From Rhodosorus marinus CCMP1338 (taxonomy: Eukaryota; Plantae; Rhodophyta): 64,000 nt of DNA. Where the stretch lies: assembly GCA_029953675.1 (NCBI GenBank), contig JAMWBK010000009.1:372001-436000 (forward strand). The letters are read 5' to 3'. Below are positions 12,176 through 25,417 of the stretch, one piece after another. A model generated the notes under the pieces. The model was not told the origin of the DNA. It worked only from the letters and a program-made list of their open reading frames with translations, and did no database searches. Positions within the stretch are counted from its first letter, which is position 1; each line of letters starts with the position of its first letter. The position numbers were made by a program, and so were the translations under genes.

Positions 12176-12728
12176 TCTTGCCCGCCGCTCCCGTTTACGA
12201 CCTTTTTCCTCTTGAAACTCCTCACCAGGACTCTACCTGAGCTCCGCCAGGACCCGATAGGATCGGATCAGTTTCACCAGCTTTACTCGAGGACTCCGTG
12301 CCTACAGACGGACGGCATGGCCTACGAGGACAAACAAGCGCCAACTGTTTCCCAGAAAGCATCAGTGACTAGTGAAAGATCTCTTCGCCATTTTGTTCGT
12401 TGAGTACAGCGACCTGGTCTTGAGGTCCAGCGGCTTCAGAAACGGTCCAAGGCCATTTATTTCGCAGAAGATCTGGGACTAACTCCACTGCAAGGTGTTC
12501 ATGAACAAGAAGCTCGAAAGCAGGATATCACCAGGCTGATCCCGGTCAAGCGAATGGGTCTACGGCGACCATCACGGCTGCTAGATTCCGTTTGAGTCTC
12601 AACCTCTACGAGGACGTGAACGTTGTCTATGCGCCGTCACTACTTTGCATCAGCAGTATACACTAAAAGGGGCTGAGTGCTCTCACGGTTATCTGCTGGA
12701 TCAACCAGCACCTTCATCGTATTCTTGA

Positions 12729-13827
12729 TCATGCTGCAGCACTTCCTATAATATGTGGCGAGATTAGCTCGGAACCTGGAGAAGTGAGCATGAATTGTTC
12801 ACATGAGATGTTCTCAAAGACCGTCTCGATCGACCTGCGGCGAGTTCATACAAGCTGCCCTGAGCGCGAGTTCGAGAGTTTGGACTCGTTCCGGTTGACA
12901 ACTCACTCTTGCGTATCTCGGTTGAGATGACAGTTGTCGGCGAAGAGCCTCTGAAGAGGGTTGAGAACATTCTGGGCAAGTCGGAGTGAGGTCCTTCGCG
13001 GTGCTCCAACGTGCTCAATGAACAGCAGCTTGCCTCCCGCCTTGAGGTTCCTCTTGGCTTCCTTGAGCACGAGAAAAGGGTCATCGACGCTGCACAACAG
13101 GAGCGTGCAGACCACGACATCGAAGTGTGCGTCCTTGGTTTGGAACGAAACCAAGGCACTTCCATAGTGAGGATCTGTTCCGGGAGGATCAAAGCGGCTA
13201 GGGATGGCGAGCTTTGTTACCTCGAATCCAGATGACTCAGCTGATCTTGTCAGGATTTCAAGCTCGATCTCTTTCGGCTTGCGAGATTCCGCATATGGAT
13301 GCATGGCTTTGTTAGGTTCTAATCCATATACAGAAACGCCACTGGGAAAAAACCTGCGAAATGTGTTTCTTCCGGGTTCAGCTGTCATGGGAGGCGGCTG
13401 GTGCTGAAGTGACAAGCTTCGTTTGGGGGTGAAGCTTTCCGTACTTGAGATTCGGTCCAGTTCCAAGACCCAGTTCCAAGATTCGATCGCCTTGGGAAAC
13501 GTGACCTGAGAAAAGACCTGCTTTCCTCTCCGCTATTTCGTTTTCATAGCTGATCATCCCGTACTCCATTGACTCCGCAAACCAAGAATTTGAAAAGGGT
13601 TTCCTGCCAGGAAACCCAATGCCACTGCCATCTTGCGCTGCAAGGGCAGTATCACGGAGCACATTCCTACAACATTCGCAGGCCAGTCCAAGAGTCAAGC
13701 TCTTCAAGGCACGTCTCCTCGACAATGAAGCGGAAATCCTCAATCGAGGAACGCTCCGGCACCCACAAGGCTTTGACAGCATCAGGGCGCCAGGGTATGA
13801 GTCAACGAATCCCGTTTGAGCTTTCAT
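12729..13827 (-). CDS. SAM-dependent methyltransferase type 11 (METTL7-like) with a transit-peptide-like N-terminus
   Basis: Motifs ILELGLGTGPNLK|FFP, GLEPN, FDVVVCTLLLCSV, LKAGGKLLFIEHV and CHLNRDT. The C-terminus LISPHIIGSA follows an inferred intron. Confidence 0.9.
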
Positions 13828-14436
13828 CGTCGTTGATGAACCTTGTATCACAGCAGTACAAGTTTTTGACTTCACTGAAATTACTTCTAAATAGCATCGG
13901 CCCAGCTCATCAATCAATAGCTCAATTGGAAAACGCCTCCAATCACCCTCACCGAACAAATGCTCTGTGTCCTCAGATTAATCTATTTATTTATAAAATA
14001 CATTATATATTAGACCAAGCTTGGAGGAGAAACGATTGAAAAGCAGTGGAGCAAAAGGGCAACAATAACCAAGCCAAAGAAGCTTTTCAAATGGGTATGT
14101 GCAACTGTCAAATCTCCCACGCGCTGTTCGCTTCTGCGAGACTGAGACCCGCGTTACGGGTAGCTCGCAGCATCATCCCCCAGCCATCTTGAACGGTTGT
14201 GGGTTGAGTGATCCATCATGACTTGAAGGAACCCTTCCTAGTCTCTCGCAGAAGGGTTCCATCAAGCATTGACACAAGCATAGCCAATTACCTTAGTTAA
14301 ACGGACTCTCCGTCAGTTCGCAATTCTGGTTGGGTTGTTCGCCCGCTGCGGCTGACTTTCCAAGGTCTGTAAGAACATTCTTCTGGGGCTCAGCTGCGAT
14401 CCCAAGCGATACCCGCTCCTTCGTTCGTACTCGTGG

Positions 14437-17102
14437 CTAACCAGATCTTCGAGGTCTAGACGAGCTTTTGCCCATGTCTTCCAGGCTTGAAGTTGGCGTT
14501 CTTGAAATCCTTTCCCGTCGCAATCTCACCATCGAAGGGAAGAGAATACTGAGCGGGGTGGCAGTTAACAAATTGGTGGACTTACGCACTAGCGCCGCAT
14601 CTTTAGAGTCCTGCAGGAGTGCTGCGGCCAGTGCAGCGAGAACCGCTTGGTGGTCCGTTCCCTTTGGTAGGTAGTCCAAAAGACCACCGACGTAAACCAC
14701 CAAGTTCCGTTTCGAGGATGGCATGGCATTCAACACTGTCGCGGCAGCATTTTGGCTCCCCATTTTTGCCTCTTCCTCAGAAAACGACTCTGCATCTCCG
14801 CGGCTTAGCGCAGGTTCTGGTAATTCCCTCAAGAAGGCGAGCAAGCACAACGCTGCAGCGACGTGGTCCCGAGGATGAACTTCTTCCCCCTTATCAATTT
14901 GGTCTCTGACACCGGAGAACTCCCCCCGGGTGTCCGAGTACAGTGGAAAGGGTTGTGCCGAACCCACTAATGAATTCCCAAGGAGCCAGACTTCCTTCGG
15001 TAATACTTGCGGTACGGAGGATGGGACCGGCTTGTATCGTAGAGGGCCCCAATACCACAGCAGATTCTCTAGAGAAATTCCGAAGCAACTCTTCTGGTAC
15101 GTTCCCCTAACCCGAATCGGTCCGCTCTTCGCCCCTTCGACCATCAACAAGAAGTCCGCGAATAGAGGCTCGCCTTGTAGCGTCAGTTTTTCAGCAGCGC
15201 CGTCCCTTTTCGTCACCATACCAGTTACTACCATCTGTAAGCACAAGAACAAGGCACGTTTGCAAGGTAAGTTGTGTTTTGTCCTTTCATTGTCGAGGAC
15301 AAGCCAGCTCCTTAAAACTCACATCGATGGGCTGCGCCGGTATGATCGTAGTCGGTGGAATCCTGCCGTTGATATATACAGTACACCAACTGGGGATTGC
15401 TTTCGGGTCGATGCTCACGACCGTCGCATTCCGTGCTGTGTGTGTCCCGACGAGATTCGCCTGTACACGTTTGCCATAGGTAAGCTGAGGAAAGGTACGG
15501 CTAGGTTCAGTAACACCCCTCCCTTTGGGCAACATATGATTGAAAAGTGCCCTTACCATTGGGAGCACTAAAGTTTGAGAAGTGAAGCTAATCGTGTTAT
15601 ACTCAGTGGAGTGCTCATTGCTGAGCAGAGACAAGTCGTCGAACGCCCTCTGCCCGTGAACCCAATCTCCGAGATCATCACGGAGTGACCTACGACGGGC
15701 TACGCTGCGGAGGGGATTCGTTTGGTCATCCAACTGTTGATAGAAAGGACACGTAGACAAAAACGGAAACAACCATACAACGGTCTCAATACACTTGCCC
15801 TTATTGTGCCCGACGAACTATGGCAGATGAAGCGCAGAGTTTTGAGGGCAGTAGGTACACTCACCATTCCACGGTCTCCCATTTCCGTTGGAATATCAAA
15901 GAGGGCTGAGACAGGTCGATGATCAGAAGAAAATACTTCATGTCTTCTGTACGCCAGTAACTTCACTCCAAGTCGGGACCGCCATAGGATACGATCTGTC
16001 CACGACGGGGTTCGCTTTATTCCTCCTTCCTCGTCCACTCGGTAACTGTTAGTGTCCGAGTTGTACTTGTATGTCGGAGCAAAATTTAGGCTTCCTTCCT
16101 CGAAGCCCGGTGCGACTCGGCTTGCATTCATTTCAGTTTTGAGTTGATCGTAACGGGCCAAGGTTGACCAGTCCTCTTGCTCGATCAGCTGCATGACCTA
16201 TCGTCAATGAATACAATCGACTCTTAAACGTTGAACTGTATCCGTACACGCACGCCCGCAAAGAGCGACAACTAACCTCACGAACAGGTAGGTTTATCCT
16301 GTAGTTCATGTCTCCAAGCCAAAAGACGACGTCATGGTCCAGGATATGTATGTCTCGGACGGGGTTGCCCAGGTCCTCAACGAACGTCGGCTCTACGAAC
16401 GTTGCTCGTTTCAGAATATCTTGGAAGTTCTGGTTTCGTTTAGATATGTTCTCCTCATGAGCAGCCAGGTGCGATGACACACAGCTAATGGAGATTCCTT
16501 TCACAGCGAACCTGTGCGCAATTGCCAAACAGTGTACCGAGCTTGAGAAGACGCTAGAAAACCCAGAGCTGAAGCATACAGCATTGAAGATGGCGGTGGA
16601 CTAGGAACACGAGAGAGGCGCCAAGAGTTTGCCTTCTCACCTCGCCGCTACTCCACCCTTGTTACCAACAACATTCAGAAATCCAGTTCCTGCGTCTGCT
16701 TCTAGGAGGTCATCGACCTGAACGTCCCGGTGAGCACAAATCAACAGTGCAATGCCAACCAGCTGTCGGAAGCATACCATATAGTAATCCTGTAAGCGTC
16801 AAGAGCTTGGACTGTAAGAAAAAAAGTTGTGCTTTTTCTAGATCTGCTCGATGCGCAGTTCAACAAGTCGAGAGGCGCACTGGTTTTAGAAGCTTTCGAA
16901 TAGCCTCATTCCACGCCTTGCCCTTGGCAGGATCAGTGACAACAGCCGTCATTGCTGTTAACGCCTGAGCCTCCTGGATTCCAATAATGAAAATATCTGG
17001 AGGTTGTGCTTCCATTCCATCCGGAAACAGCCATGGCTCCAGGCGAACAGAAGGCTTTTTCCCGTTCACGTTCCATGTTCCGCAAAACACTCGCAGGACC
17101 AT
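14437..17102 (-). CDS. OCRL: OCRL/INPP5B-like inositol polyphosphate 5-phosphatase (5-phosphatase, ASH and RhoGAP-like domains)
   Basis: Motifs VFCGTWNVNG, IIGIQE, SSHLAAH, VFWLGDMNYRI, FAPTYKY, TPSWTDRILW and SDHRPV. These are followed by an ASH-like region (FPQLTYG...PSWC) and a RhoGAP-like region (SCFGISLE, LLAFLRELPEP). Confidence 0.9.
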
Positions 17103-20100
17103 TCTCCCAGTCCACAAGCTGAAGCACTAATAGAGGGAGCAGCTAACCGCCGGTCAGTTTTGCATCCTGGCTAAGCCAGGTCGGATCTACGGGATTAAAG
17201 AGTATGAATCTCCACCTTACCTCAAAAACTCAACAGAGGATATTCAAAATTCTAAGCATGATCCAAAGCGTCGACCGGGGGGTAACCAAATATTCAAACC
17301 AAAACAACTAATCTCACAGAAGAAGAAAACGAAACCAAGCGTAGAAACCCTTAAAATCACGTCGCCCTGATTTTAAGGTTTTTACCATCTTCTTCAACAG
17401 AACATAAAATCGTAGAGGCTCATACTTCAACCCACCTCCCCCCCGCCCCTTCCACCATAGCTCTCATTAGATAAATACATAGTGAGCTCCGCCCGCGAGA
17501 GCTGTTGACGATGTAGAAGGATCGGATGGGGTGAATCTCAAAATCCAGAATCCTCAAAAGTCGTTTCCGAAATAGGCACTAACTGAACTACTTGTGGAGC
17601 TCATTTGGCCTTCGTTTGATGAATTTTTGGATTGAGGTTAGCCGTTGCCATTCGACTTTTGACTTATGTCTAGCTATGGGAAAGGATCATAGTCTGAATC
17701 TCAGCAGAGAGAGTTAGTTAAAATGTGAAATGACACAGAATGAACAGTGTGCTGTTCATTTGTCAGAGCATTTGACGATGTTCGGACTGCGTGCGAGCGT
17801 TCCGTAGTACTTTTTTGCGTTGCTTGCTCCCGAAACCTGGTCCGCTAGGCTTGTGCGGTGACAGCACCTCTGAGCAGATGGGAGTGCTATATCTCGGTCT
17901 ATGTGGAGTTCATGAACTCGTTTAAGAGAATGCGTCTTATGCTTGCTTACGTATAATGATAAACTGAAAGCTGCTTTCTTTCTGTTGCACCTTTCGGGTT
18001 GTTTGTTATCGAAGCCGGGTCCATTGGGCTTTTGCAGTAGCAACCCAGGAGATCAGGGGGATACGGATACAAATCTACAGCCTTTAACAGCTTTCAGGAA
18101 GGCATATGCTTCAATGATGATCGGGCTGCTTCCTGTCTTCTAGTGCTCTACTCTACGTTCTGTGGTTGAGCAGCATGTACCACTGGACCTCCGATCTCGC
18201 AGAACGTTAAGAGAGGATCTACGCGAGTCAATCTGCACATCTCGAAATCTTTTATGGAGAAGCCTGTACAAGGGCGGCGTTTCAATCCGCAGACGTTGTA
18301 ATGAACGTTCGGAATGCTGGTTGCTTTCTATACCTGCGTAGCTCGCAGTCATCAATCTCGAACCGGATCAGTGTAGCGATGTCGGCAGTTTTTCGTGGCG
18401 CCCAAACCGTGTTCCTTGCGTGAGCTCGCGTTTTCATTTGTTACAGCCAAGAAGTATCCTCTCTGTCAATAATCCCATACTATGCGAAGTAAGTCTTGAA
18501 AACCTACATAACCGAGAAGAGTACGTCTATTGATTGAAGTCCTATCAGTCCGGATACTATTGATCCTCTGAACTTTTTTTGATATCGTCCATGATGCTGC
18601 TCTTAATACGTGATCTGTAGTCATTGTTCCGCCTCTCCAGTTTCCGCGTATGTATTGGTGCACTATTCTGCATGAGAATACCATAATACTTTATTTTGTA
18701 AATAATAATGGCGAAGTATGGCCGAAGATCAGACGACGTTAGGATGTGTACTTCACGGGCCAAGCGAAATTGTGAGCCACGCGATTGCCCTGTCCTGTCG
18801 ATTCTCAGCGCAACCTCATCATTGGTCGGGGGGTTGGGGCCAGCAGGTGCTCGAGCTTATGCGATGAAGATAGCAGGTAACATTCCAGCTTACTTCTTCT
18901 TGAGACATATCGAAGGCGGAATCCGTTTTATCATCGATACCGGTCCCTTGCCCGCTGCGATTCATCGAGCCGAAAGGAAAGTCAGCAAACTCAAACGGGC
19001 CATCGATAGACGCACTTAACTGTTCAGTTTTCATTCCGTAAGCTACTTACCGATCGGGTTTCGCAGATTCAGCTGCCGATTCCTGTAAATATGCACACCA
19101 GATTCGAAAACCTTTCGCAGGAGCTGCCGCTGAAAAGAATTTCGGGCCTCCATGAAACTCTCACCACTCTTCAATCTACCATTTTGGCACAAATAAGACG
19201 TGCGAAGCATAAGAAAAAATTGCTCCCAAGCAACCCTAGGGAACCGTTCCGCAAACACAGATTAACCGCACAATCCACTTACATTTGATTCCGCAAATAT
19301 CGCTCTCCAAGAAGACTAAGCCTGTAAGACCTCTTGATACCCAAAGTAGATATCAAGATAACCAGCACTGTTTCCGTAAAGACCTGCAAGAAACACGCTC
19401 CGGTTCAGAATCTCGCTCCCAACTCATCCAGTCAAATGAAAAAGGCAGAGTCTATGTACGCACCATTTTTAACTCAACAGAAATAGCTTCACATATGCAG
19501 CCAGCACATCTGCCATCACGATTTTCCCCCACAGCCCCTCTTGCAAAGAGCAGGAGTTCTTATACCAACCAAGGATTCCCAGCGCCATCATCCTCACCTA
19601 CACCCGAACGAAAATTCCGAAACCAGAAAAACTAGTGTCACCCAAAAGGCAATCCATTATAAAGACTGAATAACAATAAATACACAAAATACAAAATATT
19701 ATCAATCCAAAAGCAATTTTTCGACTGAATGTGCTGTGACGCTAAAATAGTATTTGCATTGAGCTCCAGCTTACTTAACCACCTCCACACACCGGGGCTA
19801 TCTGCGGATATAAGCATAACGTATTATATAATATAATATTCATATAAAAGAAATTTATTTATCGTTATTAACGTGTTATATAGTATATAAGATACAGTGC
19901 ATTTTCTGCAGCCCAAGGGGCAGTTTTCAAGTTGATAGGTTCAGGTTTTCAAATTTTCACATACTTGTAGATTATATAATAAAATTTCGAAATCTTGTTG
20001 GATGAATTGTTTGGATTTTTTTCGAACAAAGATTCTGGAATACGTTACGACGCTGAATTGATTTATCTAAAAATTGGTTAGCTGTTCGGAGGTTGATATT

Positions 20101-21337
20101 TTTCCAATAAATGGAGTTTAGATGTTGAATTGGGGTATTGAGATACTAAAAGTAATATAATTGGTGACTTGGTTTTTATAGGACAGGTGTATATTTTCCA
20201 TTACAGGACACTGATTTTTTGGATGATTTGGATGCGTTTGATTGGTGGTGACAGTCTTTCCTTCAGAATCATTTGGATTTCTCTTTACAAAGTCGGTTTC
20301 TTTTGGAGTAGGGAGGAAACGGGACTGAGTATGATGACAACGGCTTTTTCGCAATCGAATCAGTTCGGAGGAATATTAGTTGATGATGGAGTCGATCGAG
20401 CGTGTTTTTGAAAGATAAAGTGAGTCACATCCGGCCGTTTCTGCCCTTCTGCATCCCGATCCAACAACCCGAGTTTCGGTTGACATTCGTTGAGATTCCC
20501 CAGGTGGTCATGGATGGTGATTGAAATCATGCCTGAGAATACCATTGATTTTCTTTTGGTTGAAATCAACGCTACTATCACCATTCGACTTCATCCGCCT
20601 CCAACTATGTCGACAAGGCATATGGCTTTTTATGTAGAATCATTGTGTATCCCCTGAATTTCTGCTGGAGAACAAGCCTTGTGGCCTGGTAGAGAAGCCA
20701 AACGTCTTCCCAAGCGTATGTGCTTGCAAGTATTCCTCCAAGGTGCTTTACCAACTGGTGAAGTAAATCCTGCCTACGTTTATCGAGTTCAGCACACCTT
20801 CACGTCTTCCATCCGCATACTTCAATGCCGGACTAGATTCCTATACTCCTATTTTCTATGGCTATTATGTTGGCAACCCAGCAGCCTATTCCTCAGGACG
20901 CGTTTCAACACGTCACCATGGTCGTAACATTTTCACGTAACCACGTGGTTCAAACAACGAAGATCTAATCATTAGAGCCTTACTTGGAAATGAATCCAAG
21001 AAACCAAACGACACAAGAGACGAGAAGCTAACAATAAGGGAGCGGAAGGCAGCGCTTCTTCCCAAACCCTAGGAACGGTTCGGATCCGCTTAACGTTGCC
21101 GAGAAACGTCGTTTCTAAACTCATATTGGCATCATTGAGCAGGGTTGAGAAGAAAAACCTACTCGTTGATCAACGACAATCGTTTATGGTGTGTGTGTGT
21201 GGAACCATCTTGAAAACAAGGACGCGGATGAGCTTTAATAGTTTACAAACGGAGGGAGCGCTCTGATTGGATTCCTCGGTACTTCACTGCTGCTTTGGTT
21301 AAGTTCAGGGGAGGCTGGCTGTTTTGGTGGCGTGGAT

Positions 21338-21820
21338 ATGATGAGTGCCCCGGCATGGGATTTACCGTACTACGCGTTTCTGTTAGCGTACAAGATCTTA
21401 CGACCTCCGAGGTTGAAGCTGGGCTTTAACGTTAAGTCTCCTGGTGCGAATGTGCTTTTGCCGGCTTCCTTCTTGGGTTACTTTATCATGCTTTCTGGCG
21501 TTGTTTATGACATCCTACTAAGGCCGCCGATGATTGGTTACACGCAGGATAAGCTCACGGGTAGTGTGCACCCCTTATTTGTACTCCCAGACAGGCTCAG
21601 TGGACAGTTTGCCCTCGAAGGGTTTGTCATGGGCTTCACGTTCTTAATGGGTGGAGCTGGATTGATCTACTTGATGTCCTCTGTCAAGCACAAAGCCAAA
21701 TACTCCAATTCGATATACTCCGTTATTGGGGCGATATCGGCGTCATTCTTCGCCCTAAAAATGTGCGAGAGCTTTCTTGAGCACAAATTAGGGAGCTACC
21801 TCAACGGATACCGCGCTTGA
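21338..21820 (+). CDS. OSTC: Oligosaccharyltransferase subunit OSTC/DC2
   Basis: Intronless 3-TM protein with LRPPRLK, YFIMLSGVVYDI...PPMIG and RLSGQFALEG. Confidence 0.9.
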   Translation: MMSAPAWDLPYYAFLLAYKILRPPRLKLGFNVKSPGANVLLPASFLGYFIMLSGVVYDILLRPPMIGYTQDKLTGSVHPLFVLPDRLSGQFALEGFVMGFTFLMGGAGLIYLMSSVKHKAKYSNSIYSVIGAISASFFALKMCESFLEHKLGSYLNGYRA

Positions 21821-22211
21821 AACCCCTCCACCTGGGACATTGGGGGATCCAGAGGATGGAGGGTTTTCCTGTTCCCAGGATTACGCTAAGGTATTAATAA
21901 ACGTATTGATGACTATCAAATAACGACTACTCGGAGCTTTCATACCGCTTCGAAGCGCTCATCCCATTTCGACGTTTGTAGAAAACCAAAGAGATCCGTC
22001 CTCGTTAAGCGACGAACAGTCCACTGAGCGCGAAAACGTTGGCTGGAACGAATTAATAATCTGCACTGGAGAGCTGAATATATCTGTCAATGATGTGACT
22101 GTCTCGTCAATCCTTCTTTGCTTGTGAAAGCATCACATTCTCACCCTGCGGCGTGTCCGAGAGCCGAACGCCTTCAGATCGCGATCTGGAGCTTAGGGCT
22201 TCGAAGGATGA

Positions 22212-23602
22212 ATGGGATCAATGAGGAGCTCTTGTGGATTCTCTAGGGGAGGCAGGAGAGGTGTCGGAAAATTGGATACGCGATTGATTTGTTATGCGAA
22301 AGGGATGAATTCCCTTGGATTTATCCACGTAGGCTACCATGCGAAAATCTCGGGGCGGATGCTCTGCAAGGCGCAAATGCAGGACAAGTCAACGTCGGAC
22401 AAACCTCTGAAAATGATGCCGAAACCTGTCATCAGCTTCCCGGGTAGGATGGGAAAGATTGTAAAGGGCTACACGCTGCGCGTGATGCAATGGAACATAG
22501 ACTTTAACTCGGACAACGTTTTCTCGAGAACTTCACACCTCATCGAAATCATTGGAAAAGAAAAGTACGACCAGATTATCTGGCAGAAACCTGGTTTCAG
22601 TGGCCTCTCTGAGCTCGTACCTTTGTCTCTCGATTTAGGCCTGATGTGATATTCATGCAGGAGGTATCCGCGGTAGAAACAGGTCCTCGTGGAAGTTCGT
22701 TTCATCTGTTGAAGAGCAGACTCGTTGATACTGGCATTTACGCGTTATTCGCGGATGATTTAATCGTCGAACGACATCCGTTCTACTTTGCAATGACGCT
22801 GATAAGGAAGAGAATTCTCACGAAGGTTGACCCGGAATACATAAGGTTTCAAAGAACCAAGATGGCACGGCATCTTATTGTCTTGAGAGCCGGACTGTTG
22901 ACAGAGGTGATAAACGATGCGAAAGTCCCACTTACGTTTATTTTCTGACGAGGGTTATCTGAGCATCGTTCGTTTTTGTCTTGGTCCGTTTACCAGTCCG
23001 GCGAACACGAAGTATGCCTTTTAAACTCTCACTTCGAATCTCTGCCAAGCGGAACAGCGGATCGAATAGATCAGTTTCAAGAAGTCCTGAAGATAATGCG
23101 AAATGAGCCTCGGCCATCCGTTTTCGGAGGAGACACAAACCTTCGAGCTAGGGAGATAAGACTTGGAGATGTGAGATTGCCGGAGGAAGAAGACGTGGTT
23201 GTTCCTGAGGGCGAGTTTGACGTAAAAGTAAGCGATGCTTGGGCCCAAGCCGGTGCTGAAAGTGCTACAAAGTAAGTACCCTAGCCTAAGAGCAAAGTTT
23301 TGGGTGGGGTCTGGGATCGGACAGTTTCTGGAGGACTCAGAAAGCTTTCCCTGCGGATGCTCGTTTGTCCCCGAAGGTTCTCGTGGGATGCTAGAGTTAA
23401 TGACAACAAAGAGTGGCTTGGGGAGACGAGACCGTATGCTAGGTTTGACAGGCTTTTCTCCTCTCCAGGACGAACGCCGGATCTGTATCGCCCACGAGCC
23501 ATGTCGTATCGGTTCGTTGGGAAGAAGAGGGGACAGACCGACCAGTTTCCTTCTGATCATTTCGGACTCGTTGCAGATTACAACATGACGCTGCCTTCTT
23601 AG
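22212..23602 (+). CDS. TDP2: Tyrosyl-DNA phosphodiesterase 2-like EEP-family enzyme with an organelle-transit-like N-terminus
   Basis: The full catalytic set is present after splicing: QWNID, PDVIFMQEV, NSHFES, FGGDTNLR, SWD..VNDN, RFDRLF and FPSDHFGL. At least three introns. Confidence 0.92.
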
Positions 23603-24043
23603 ACAAGCCAGTTATGGCCATGTAAAGAAAAGCACAATCAACCTTACGCGAGAGGAAATTCCGGAGGCATGAACAATTTTGCAGTGGAGAAAAGAGGTAC
23701 GGCTATTTCCTCCTCGAGACAGATGCCAGACGTGTTTCTGGTGCAGCTTTTGCTTAGTCCTTCTAAGCTTCAGTGCGATCGTTTAGCCCTCCACTTATCT
23801 AGAAGTTATCGAGTTCGAAATGATAGAGAACAGAAGAATTTGGCGTTGCCGCTGGAAAAGTTCGACTCTGAAGTCGAGCAGTAAACCTCGCGAGTTCTAT
23901 GGGAAAGAAAAGACTCAAGTTAAGCAGAGATCAAGTGTCGAGTCCAGCGGGTAAGTAAGTAGTGCTCTCAACGAGCCGTTGAGGACAGGAAAATCCGGCC
24001 CAGGAAAGTAGTCCTTGATACCTTAGCGTCGCTGAGATGGTCT

Positions 24044-24133
24044 CCGACCAGTTTGGTTCTGATCATTTTGGACTCGTCGCAGACTACAACACGACGCTAC
24101 CTTCTTAGGTTAGGGCCATGTAAAGAAAAGCAC
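24044..24133 (+). pseudogene. Orphan duplicate of the last ~21 codons and proximal 3' UTR of the TDP2 gene
   Basis: Aligns to 23538-23635. It reads DQFGSDHFGLVADYNTTLPS* against DQFPSDHFGLVADYNMTLPS* in the gene. The UTR motif GGCCATGTAAAGAAAAGCAC is shared. Confidence 0.85.
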
Positions 24134-25189
24134 TCCTCATATAAGCTAAGCTCTGGGAATCTGGACCTTCTTCAAGTCTATCTTTTTCGAGCAAAGCATC
24201 GGAAGAACGACCCCTTCCAAAACATCGACATCGTCTCACCAAAGGATTCTCAAGTTCACAACTAAATACATTCTCGGATCGGGGCCGGCCTGACCTCAGT
24301 GCTGTTCTTTGCACAAAGTTAAAGAAACTTTGTGCACTCTAAATCAAAACATAGCAAAGAAGAACTACTAGCACGATCTTAATACGCGCATTGGTGATCA
24401 CTCTTCATCCTTCTCCGGGACCACATCCTTCACGTCCCATTTCACAAAGCGTCCCACTCAACAGCGGGATTGCAAATGCCACTCAGTTACCCGTCATGAA
24501 AGCAAACTCCATCAACAAGTAGCCGCTTGAACGGTCACGAAGAAACACCCCTCAAAATTCCCAATTTTCATAAATCCAATAATGACTGACATCGACGGTC
24601 CGCCATTCGGGAGCTTAGGCGTCTAAAATCCATTCAATTCAATTAAACACGTCTAAATCGCTTCGAATGGTCGCGGCCAGCAAAAGGGAAACGATCGGTT
24701 AAATTAATTTCATATTTTCAGTTCTAGAATAAGCTCTTGAACATATTTTTCGTAAGATCAATCTTTATTGATAGAAAAATTTGTATTTCAGAGATATCAT
24801 ATGTGAATATATTTAGTTTTAGAAAATAATCAGTCATTATATAGTGGTCTTATGGAAATAATTTATTAATCCCTTGTTTTCTAAAGACAAAAAGGACAAT
24901 TGGGAACGACGAAGAAAAGCCCTATTTGGTACGGTTGAGAAGAATGAGTTTTACCCCTAAGAATTGTCTTGGGGGAGGAATAGAGTTGGCTGTTCGATGT
25001 TACGGTCTGGTTGTTTGGGAGATGCTACAAGAAGCGACTTTGTATGCTTAATTGGTGCTGAGAGGCTGGGATCTAGATTTCTTTATTCTTGAATTTCTTG
25101 CCCGGTCCGTTTTTTGTTCGGTCGGGTGACCCTGGCGAGTTTCGAGGGTTTTGGAAGGGTTTTCTTGGTGTGTGGAGAAGAAGGGGGCC

Positions 25190-25288
25190 GGGGGGGGGGG
25201 GGGGGTGGTGGGGCCAAGGTGGGAGGGGTTGGTGGACCGAGCTCGGGAGCAAGGTGGGAGGGGTTGGTGGACCGAGCTCGGGAGCAAG
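25190..25288 (+). repeat. G16 run followed by two exact 35-bp G-rich tandem units
   Basis: G run at 25190-25205. CAAGGTGGGAGGGGTTGGTGGACCGAGCTCGGGAG occurs at 25215-25249 and 25250-25284. Confidence 0.9.
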
Positions 25289-25417
25289 AGAAGCGATCGT
25301 GTTGCAAGTGCGCCGGGCTCTTCAGCCAAGCAGCTTCTTTTTTGTCTCTAGATCGTGTTCCTGACTTATGAGAGGATAAGGATCAGGTTGTATTTTCTCT
25401 GAGTGGGCGTTAAAACG

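Noticed and set aside
17756-19635. Several short ORFs on both strands, with one minus-strand stretch ending at a GTAAGT donor
   Set aside because: I could not build a consistent spliced frame or recognise any motif. A diverged gene may be present but is not supportable.
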